A stretch of DNA of 64,000 nt from Candidatus Nezhaarchaeales archaeon (lineage in GTDB: Archaea; Thermoproteota; Methanomethylicia; Nezhaarchaeales; WYZ-LMO8). The stretch covers positions 32,001 to 96,000 of the forward strand of contig JAWAKK010000001.1 of assembly GCA_038887515.1 (NCBI GenBank). The letters are read 5' to 3'. Both the position numbers and the translations under genes were made by a program. Positions 57,634 to 64,000 of this stretch are shown piece by piece. Every line of letters begins with the position of its first letter. Position 1 is the stretch's first letter. Below the pieces are notes generated by a model, which saw only the letters and a list, made by a program, of their open reading frames with translations, was not told the origin of the DNA and did no database searches.

Positions 57634-59493
57634 ATGCCGCCCAAATTTTACGGTTACACTGGGAAAATTTTATGGATAAATCTATCAAAACGAGAATTTA
57701 AGAAACTTGACCTCGACGAGAATCTGGCGAGGAACTACATAGGGGCTAGAGGGTTCGGCATTAAGATTTTATGGGATCACTTAAAACCAGGCATAGACCC
57801 TTTTGCTCCTGAAAATAAGTTTATAATTACGTTGGGACCATTAGCTTGTACCGGCGTACAGGCTGCTAGTAGGTCCTTTGCGGCCTTCAAGTCTCCATTA
57901 ACTAACACGTATTTTAGATGTACTGCTGGTGGTTCCGCAGGTGCTGAGATAAAATTGGCTGGCTATGATGTAGTCGTAGTCGATGGCAGAGCAGAAAAAC
58001 CAACTTACGTCTACATTAATAATGATAGAGTGGAGTTCCGCGATGCTTCCCACGTATGGGGATTGACGACGGATTTAGCTGTCGAGTACTTAAGAGATGA
58101 AACGGACAAGAGTGCGGGCATCTTTGTTATAGGTCCTGCTGGAGAAAGATTGGTAAGGTTTGCATGCATTCAAACTCACGATCAAAGAAGCTTCGGGAGG
58201 GGTGGCGGAGGCGCCGTCTGGGGTGCCAAGAACTTAAAGGCAATAGTTGTCAAGGGAAGCAAGAGGCCGGAGATCTATGATGAGGAAAAGTTCCGCTCCC
58301 TCCTCAAAGAGGAGCTAGAGATCTTTAAATCCCATCCGTTTGTGCGAGCTTTTCACGGCTTAGGGACTGCTGGAGTAACGTATTTGTTCTATACTTTGGG
58401 ACACTTCCCAACTTATAATTTTAAGCAGCTCGAATTACCAAATGTAGAGAGGTTTAAGCCTGAGGTTCTCGAGAAGTACGTCATAAAGCGCAAAGGTTGC
58501 TATGGATGCATGATAGCTTGTTGGCAATACATGAAAGTAGACAGGGGACCCTTTGCTGGAGTAGCGTGGGATAAGCCTGAATATGAAACTTTGTGGTCAT
58601 TTGGAGGCAACCTAGGTATAACGAACTTAGAGGGAATAATAGTAGCTAACATGTTATGTGATAAGTATGGCATTGATACCATGTCGGCGGGCTCTGTAAT
58701 AGGTTTCGTTTACGAACTTTACGAAAAGGGCATTCTAAGTAAGAGCGAACTTGACGGGTTGGAACCGAAGTGGGGAGACATAGAGCCAGCGCTTGAGCTC
58801 GTTAGGAAAATTGCGTTGAGGGAAGGCGTTGGAAACTTACTTGCCGAAGGCGTTAAGAGAGCAGCAGAAATTATTGGTAGGGGGGCCGAGAGATTCGCCT
58901 TTCACATTAAAGGCCTGGAAATGCCAGGGTACGACCCTCGGGCGGCAAAGGCACACGGATTAAACCTCTCCACATCGAATATAGGTGCTAGCCACATGAT
59001 TGGATGGAACTACTTTGAGATCTTTGGAGTACCGAAGAAAGTAGATCCGTTCGCTGTTGAGGGTAAGGGTGAATTATGTAAGTACGTACAAGACGAAGCT
59101 GCTTTACTGGACTCCGTAGGTTTATGTCAGTTCCCTGCTTCAAATGGTCTGCCGCCTTTAGAATTACTGGCTAAGTTATTGTACGCTGCTACTGGAATCG
59201 AAGAATTCAAAGACGCCAAGTATCTGCTCCTTGTTGGAGAAAGGGTATATAACCTCGAAAGAGCCTTCAACGTTAGAGAAGGATTTGAAAGAGAACACGA
59301 TACGATGCCTGAAAGGATAGTTTACGAAAAAGTCCCCAGACCACCAGCTATGGGCCAAATTTTCGAGTTGGATAGGTTACTAGAAGATTACTATAGAGCC
59401 CGCGGATGGAGTACTAAGACAGGTAAGCCGTCTAAGAAGAAGCTGGAGGAGCTTGGACTCTCGGAGGTTGCTGATACCATAGGGGCAGAGTGA
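57634..59493 (+). CDS. Tungsten aldehyde:ferredoxin oxidoreductase family protein (second paralogue)
   Basis: YIGARG.G, KSPLT, GRGG.GAV.GAKNLKA, CYGCMIAC, PEYET, DKYGID, GLEMPGYDPR and DSVGLC. Confidence 0.93.
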   Translation: MPPKFYGYTGKILWINLSKREFKKLDLDENLARNYIGARGFGIKILWDHLKPGIDPFAPENKFIITLGPLACTGVQAASRSFAAFKSPLTNTYFRCTAGGSAGAEIKLAGYDVVVVDGRAEKPTYVYINNDRVEFRDASHVWGLTTDLAVEYLRDETDKSAGIFVIGPAGERLVRFACIQTHDQRSFGRGGGGAVWGAKNLKAIVVKGSKRPEIYDEEKFRSLLKEELEIFKSHPFVRAFHGLGTAGVTYLFYTLGHFPTYNFKQLELPNVERFKPEVLEKYVIKRKGCYGCMIACWQYMKVDRGPFAGVAWDKPEYETLWSFGGNLGITNLEGIIVANMLCDKYGIDTMSAGSVIGFVYELYEKGILSKSELDGLEPKWGDIEPALELVRKIALREGVGNLLAEGVKRAAEIIGRGAERFAFHIKGLEMPGYDPRAAKAHGLNLSTSNIGASHMIGWNYFEIFGVPKKVDPFAVEGKGELCKYVQDEAALLDSVGLCQFPASNGLPPLELLAKLLYAATGIEEFKDAKYLLLVGERVYNLERAFNVREGFEREHDTMPERIVYEKVPRPPAMGQIFELDRLLEDYYRARGWSTKTGKPSKKKLEELGLSEVADTIGAE

Positions 59494-59771
59494 ATAATGT
59501 CATGCGAGTGTTGGTAGAATTCTTGGGAGAGGTGCGAAGATTAACCGGTAGGTCTATTGCTTGGATAGAGTTGCCTGAAGAAGCTTCTTTACATACACTT
59601 TTTTATAAAATATCGGATCTCTTTGGAAAAGATGTTTATGAATCTATGGTTCACAAATTTTTCGAAAAGCAACTTTTCGTATTTGTGAATGGAATTTCGG
59701 TGGGTGGGCTTGAACACAAGCTTAAAAACATGGATAGAGTTCTCTTTACAACGTTAGCTTACGGGGGATAA
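59490..59771 (+). CDS. MoaD/ThiS (SAMP-like) ubiquitin-like sulfur carrier
   Basis: Beta-grasp pattern, VFVNG and C-terminal GG; coupled to the AOR. Confidence 0.85.
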   Translation: MNNVMRVLVEFLGEVRRLTGRSIAWIELPEEASLHTLFYKISDLFGKDVYESMVHKFFEKQLFVFVNGISVGGLEHKLKNMDRVLFTTLAYGG

Positions 59772-59838
59772 AGACCTCTGTCTCGAGGCTTTGTACGAAA
59801 GGTTATTACAGCCTTTGCCAAGAGTTTTTGATTGAAAC

Positions 59839-60102
59839 TCATAGTTCTTCTTCGTTTGCGTCATAGTCCTTGCACTTAACGACATTAAGGACATCGTATA
59901 TTATTCCCTTCGTCACCATCTCTTCATAGGTTCTCCAAACCCGCTTAATTGTGAGATATGATGTTTTGAAACCTTCGGCTTCGAGTTTAGCTTTAACCTT
60001 ATCGTAAAAGCTCTCTGGTTTAACGTAGCTCTCATCTGCTAGAACCTTCATTATCGTCCTAATTACGTCGGAAGTATGAGGATATCCTTTTTTCCTCTTC
60101 AT
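59839..60102 (-). CDS. Small basic hypothetical protein, winged-helix-like
   Basis: YP...DV..., L..EGF...Y.T.KRVWR.YEEMV.KG.I; ATGA-coupled to the radical SAM gene. Confidence 0.65.
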   Translation of the reverse strand: MKRKKGYPHTSDVIRTIMKVLADESYVKPESFYDKVKAKLEAEGFKTSYLTIKRVWRTYEEMVTKGIIYDVLNVVKCKDYDANEEEL

Positions 60103-60869
60103 ATTAATTCCTCCGGAATCCTATTTGGATCATAAGATATTTTGGGCTTTACACCGCTCTTCGTAAGTCTTTTAATTACATGAGGATACATGAAGACGTA
60201 TTCTTCTTCAATTTCGTTAGCTATCCTGACGTCTATCTCTAAGAGTTTTTCCCTTATCTTGTTGTAGCCTTCTCTATCGCTAAATGAGAGCATTACGGCT
60301 GGGTGGCAGGACACCCCGTAATCTAAAAGGTTCTTTAAAGCTCGAAGTTGCAAATTGAACTGCTCTGGTAATGCTCCGGTTAACAGCGAAAACTCTTCTT
60401 CACTGGTACCCTTAATGGATACCCTCACGCGCACCTTATTGAACTTTGAGAGCGCGTGCGCATAGCTTTTATCGCTTCCTATGAGTATACCATTGGTCTC
60501 AAGTATGAAGTTTAAGTGTCCGTCAGCTTCGACGAGTTCTATTACTTTTAATAGGTGCTCTTTGCCTATCGTTGGCTCATTACCACTTATCCTTATTTGG
60601 CGATAGCCATGCTTTAAAGCGCAGTCCTTAAGTGCGTTGTAGACCTCTTCGGGAGTATAGAACTTTCCTATTTGTTCTGGAAAGTCTCGGGGAGCTCCAC
60701 TCCAACAAAAAATACACCTTAAATTACATCCACAACAGTCTGCAGTCGCTATCCCATCATACCACTTACCGCCTCTTGCGATTCTATAATATTTCCTGCT
60801 TATACCTTTAATAACGATCTTTTCGATAGCCTCCGACATCCTTAATGCGTCAAAAGGCATTACTACCAA
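60099..60869 (-). CDS. Radical SAM protein of unknown function
   Basis: GCNLRCIFC, RISGNEP and FILETNG. Confidence 0.88.
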   Translation of the reverse strand: MVVMPFDALRMSEAIEKIVIKGISRKYYRIARGGKWYDGIATADCCGCNLRCIFCWSGAPRDFPEQIGKFYTPEEVYNALKDCALKHGYRQIRISGNEPTIGKEHLLKVIELVEADGHLNFILETNGILIGSDKSYAHALSKFNKVRVRVSIKGTSEEEFSLLTGALPEQFNLQLRALKNLLDYGVSCHPAVMLSFSDREGYNKIREKLLEIDVRIANEIEEEYVFMYPHVIKRLTKSGVKPKISYDPNRIPEELI

Positions 60870-60894
60870 GCTTAGTAATATAAGAGGGGTAGTT

Positions 60895-61908
60895 ATGAAG
60901 CTTGTGAAGTTACGATTTAAAAGTGGCGACGTAAAGAGTTATAATCTTGACCTTACACTTAAACCATCGTTCGTTTCATCGCTCTACGATAAGGAAGATT
61001 TGTTTTATTGGGTTAAACGAGTAGGTCTATATGCTAACTTATTATCTCTTAGGCAGAGAAATGATTCGTTGGAGGCCTACATAAAATACGAAGTTGACGA
61101 CAGAATTCGTGAAGTAATCCTTCACGAGTCAGGGCTATGGGACGAAAGCCCAGCGTCGAGAATCTCTAAGCTAAATGCTCCGTTGAAGGAGCATATCAAA
61201 GCTCTTACAGAAGTCTTTCCTGGAGTTAGGCTCTCAATAGCCCCTCACGATTTTGATTGTATACTTGTAGCTTCTATCCTTTCACGAAGGACGAACTACG
61301 AAGTCTTCGTACGTAAATGGGTCAAAAATATTTGGGACTTGTGGCGTTGCGACCTAAAATTGATAGCCAACCTCTCGCCTAGCGACATTAAGAATGTTGG
61401 CACAAGCTATCAATTATTGAACCTAATTAAGACACTAAGGGATTACGTGAATATGAGCTATAGGAGAGATAAGATAGAGGATGTTAGAAGAGCGTTGATG
61501 CTATGTTGGGGGGTAGGACCTAAAATCGCTGATGCAGTTCTCCTTTTTACAACGAAATCTTCTTGGATAGTTCCATGCGATACTCATCTGTGGAGGGTTT
61601 CCAGAAGGCTAGGATGGGCAAGTCAAGAAGATAGGCTACCGACTAAAACCCTATGCTTAAGCTACTACTGCGATGAATGTGTAGACAAGTACGGGCCATG
61701 CTTAAGGGAGACCATTAAGAGTCTATTTCCGGATTTCGGGGGATGGATTCAGACACTCGCTTACCTTTTCGGGTCGTCGATATGCCTAAGTCGTAAACCA
61801 AAATGTTACCTATGCCATCCAACATTAAAAGAATGCTGTGAAATGATAGAAACGCGAAACAAGCTATCCCTACTGAAAACTGGAGCCCAAGTCGGTTTAA
61901 AAACATAG
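60895..61908 (+). CDS. HhH-GPD DNA glycosylase family protein with Fe-S motif
   Basis: GVGPKIADAVLLF, PCDTHLWRV and C-terminal CLSRKPKCYLC......C. Confidence 0.8.
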   Translation: MKLVKLRFKSGDVKSYNLDLTLKPSFVSSLYDKEDLFYWVKRVGLYANLLSLRQRNDSLEAYIKYEVDDRIREVILHESGLWDESPASRISKLNAPLKEHIKALTEVFPGVRLSIAPHDFDCILVASILSRRTNYEVFVRKWVKNIWDLWRCDLKLIANLSPSDIKNVGTSYQLLNLIKTLRDYVNMSYRRDKIEDVRRALMLCWGVGPKIADAVLLFTTKSSWIVPCDTHLWRVSRRLGWASQEDRLPTKTLCLSYYCDECVDKYGPCLRETIKSLFPDFGGWIQTLAYLFGSSICLSRKPKCYLCHPTLKECCEMIETRNKLSLLKTGAQVGLKT

Positions 61909-62171
61909 TAGCATAACTAGAAAATAACCGTTCCGAAGTCTAATCGTCCATGCATCTAAGCTAACCTGAGACGAATAAGTTTAAGGTAAGGCCGGCGCAG
62001 ACTTACTTGGACTAAGCAAAAACACTTCTCTCAGACATCAAGATAGGCATCGGTCTTAAATATCAAAGTAGAGTTTAAGAGGTTGTACGGCAACTTAAAT
62101 CTAGCAAGCTGTTTAATAATTTCCCGAAATTTACTGGCTTTAAGGCCGCATAATGCTTGGGGTGGAGGAAA

Positions 62172-63632
62172 TTGTCGTCGAAGGGGATTCCACTTAGGCA
62201 AATAGACGAGTACACTTGGGAGGTCCCTAAGGATTACAAGCCTGGCATGAGAGTCCCAGCTAGAATATACGCTGACAAGGTATTACTGAATAAAATGCTT
62301 GAAGATCTAACAATAGCACAAGCAGTCAACGTGGCTCACCTACCAGGAATATATAAGTGGTCCATAACTTTACCGGATGGACATCAAGGTTATGGTTTCC
62401 CTATAGGAGGGGTGGCAGCTCTCGACGCAGAAGAGGGCGTTATAAGTCCAGGTGGAATAGGCTACGATATAAACTGCGGCGTTAGGGTATTGACCACAAA
62501 CCTGATGTATAAGGACGTAAAACCTGTTCTAGAGGACCTTATAACGACAATCTTTAACTTAGTACCTTCGGGCCTAGGCTCAACGACGAAGGCCGTCAAA
62601 TTGACGAGAGGCGAGCTCGACGAAGTTCTGGCAGAGGGAGTAAGGTGGGCTCTAAGACACGGCTATGGCTGGGAAGTGGACGCTGAGTTCTGTGAAGAAG
62701 AAGGATGTATGAAGTCGGCAGACCCCTCGAAAGTTTCCTCTAGAGCTAAAGATAGAGGGTTTGACCAATTAGGGACTTTAGGAAGTGGTAACCACTTCCT
62801 TGAGGTACAAGTGGTGGACAAAATCTTTGATGAGGAAGTTGCAAAGACCTTTGGAATCTACGAAGAGGGCCAAGTAACTGTAATGATACATACTGGAAGC
62901 AGGGGTCTGGGACATCAAGTGTGTAGTGACTACCTTCGAGTTATGGAGATGGCGGTCAAGAAGTACAGAATATCAATACCGGACCGTGAACTTGTATGTG
63001 CTCCAGCAACTTCTAAGGAAGCCGAAGAATACTTTGCAGCCATGTCAGCGGCGGCAAACTTTGCTTGGTGCAATAGGCAGATGATAACTCATTGGGTTAG
63101 GGAAGCGTTTAAGAAAACATTCAAGCGAGGTGCTGAGGAGTTAGGGTTAAACTTAGTGTATGATGTAGCCCACAACATCTGCAAAATCGAAGAACACCTA
63201 GTCGACGGCACTAAAAAGAAGGTCTTCGTACACAGAAAGGGAGCTACTCGAGCCTTTCCTCCTAACCATCCAGAAATACCATCTAAATACAGGTCGGTCG
63301 GACAACCGGTATTAATCCCGGGCTCTATGGGCACTAGCTCGTGGATACTTGTCGGCAACCCTAAGGCTATGCAAATAACCTTTGGTTCAACGGCTCACGG
63401 AGCTGGCAGAATGATGTCAAGAGAAGAAGCCTTGAGGACTGTTAAGGGGTCTGAAGTCAAGTCCGAGCTGGAGCATAAAGGTATTGCGGTTAGAGCTGCC
63501 AGTATAAGGGTACTAGCCGAGGAATGGGATAGAGCATACAAGGATGTCGACAGAGTCGCCGAAGTAAGTCATAGGGTAGGTATAGTAACGAAAGTGGCTA
63601 GACTTAGACCGATTGCTGTCGCAAAAGGTTAA
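62172..63632 (+). CDS. rtcB: RNA-splicing ligase RtcB
   Basis: LPDGHQGYGFPIGG, GYDINCG, LGSGNHFLE, HTGSRG, HN, HRKGAT, PGSMG and HGAGR; TTG 62172 follows GGAGG. Confidence 0.97.
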   Translation: MSSKGIPLRQIDEYTWEVPKDYKPGMRVPARIYADKVLLNKMLEDLTIAQAVNVAHLPGIYKWSITLPDGHQGYGFPIGGVAALDAEEGVISPGGIGYDINCGVRVLTTNLMYKDVKPVLEDLITTIFNLVPSGLGSTTKAVKLTRGELDEVLAEGVRWALRHGYGWEVDAEFCEEEGCMKSADPSKVSSRAKDRGFDQLGTLGSGNHFLEVQVVDKIFDEEVAKTFGIYEEGQVTVMIHTGSRGLGHQVCSDYLRVMEMAVKKYRISIPDRELVCAPATSKEAEEYFAAMSAAANFAWCNRQMITHWVREAFKKTFKRGAEELGLNLVYDVAHNICKIEEHLVDGTKKKVFVHRKGATRAFPPNHPEIPSKYRSVGQPVLIPGSMGTSSWILVGNPKAMQITFGSTAHGAGRMMSREEALRTVKGSEVKSELEHKGIAVRAASIRVLAEEWDRAYKDVDRVAEVSHRVGIVTKVARLRPIAVAKG

Positions 63633-63640
63633 CCCATCAG

Positions 63641-64000
63641 CTACCTCTTTGCAAGGTCGACAGCATATTCAACAATCTTTCTAGCTATATCAACGCCAGT
63701 GGCTGGGGCAGCATTCCTAAACTCAGTTACACTATTTAGTTCATGAACTAATAGACCTCTCTCGCTCTCCAGACAGTCAACGCCTACTACGTGTGCCCCC
63801 ACAGCTTTAGCAGCTTTTACGCTGAGCTCTCTAAGCTCATCACTAATCTCCAGTTTAACGGCTCTACCTCCAAGAGCTGTATTTGACCTCCATTCGCCAG
63901 GAGCAGCATAACGGTATATGGCTGCTATTGCTTCATCGCCTACGACGAAGCACCTAATATCCCTATTAGGCTTCTTAATATATTCTTGAACGTAAAATAC
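63641..64000 (-). CDS. lysX: LysX/ArgX-type ATP-grasp ligase, C-terminal 119 aa (5' end outside the window)
   Basis: Absent from the ORF track. Manual translation gives FYVQEYIKKPNRDIR.FVVGDE.IAAIYR, WRSNTALGG and HELNSVTEFRN, with stop at 63641. Confidence 0.8.
   Translation of the reverse strand, partial: VFYVQEYIKKPNRDIRCFVVGDEAIAAIYRYAAPGEWRSNTALGGRAVKLEISDELRELSVKAAKAVGAHVVGVDCLESERGLLVHELNSVTEFRNAAPATGVDIARKIVEYAVDLAKR

Noticed and set aside
3638-63358. Numerous 60-207 aa ORFs antisense to or nested in recognised genes (e.g. 5365-5931, 10627-11250, 31391-31783, 46716-47105)
   Set aside because: They are shadows of well-supported genes, have no motifs and show the composition expected of antisense frames.
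62172-63632. Intein in RtcB (also considered for Lhr and Top6B)
   Set aside because: Protein lengths are normal and there are no intein splice-junction or LAGLIDADG motifs.
1-64000. tRNA, rRNA, transposase, integrase or proviral genes
   Set aside because: I inspected the intergenic gaps by eye and found no cloverleaf or T-loop signature, and no ORF has mobile-element motifs. A tRNAscan-SE/Infernal run would be needed to exclude split or intron-rich tRNAs.

Overview
Archaeal chromosomal window, gene-dense and mostly housekeeping. Class I LysRS, topoisomerase VI, archaeal ThrRS/GlyRS, two tungsten AORs and the gene style suggest an anaerobic Thermoproteota/TACK-type lineage; this is inference only. 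The main block (about 3.0-17.0 kb) is a compact H4MPT/methanofuran C1 cluster: ftr, mtd, a fused fwdD-fwdB, fwdA, fwdC, mer, mch, mfnB/E/F, a HisA-like gene, and RimK-like and CofE-like ligases. No mcr, mtr or cdh genes are in the window. The rest holds aminoacyl-tRNA synthetases, gatCAB, top6AB, hppA, XPD and Lhr helicases, isoprenoid genes, rtcB and a partial lysX. I saw no CRISPR array, tRNA, rRNA or mobile element. The most notable observations are: (1) a 1003-aa HerA-type ATPase fused to a coiled coil and 13 tandem Cys/His units, with no nurA in the window; (2) a thiolase lacking all canonical catalytic residues inside an otherwise intact HMGS-thiolase-DUF35 operon; (3) a stand-alone GGDEF/cyclase-like palm protein; (4) an unannotated box C/D guide RNA predicted to target tRNA-Lys(UUU) U34; (5) a perfect 21-bp mirror-image divergent promoter between ftr and mtd; (6) a 17-bp G.U-containing hairpin in the leader of a TRAM gene. 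All protein calls come from motif recognition, not database searches. Several starts were moved to the codon that follows a Shine-Dalgarno-like (SD) sequence.
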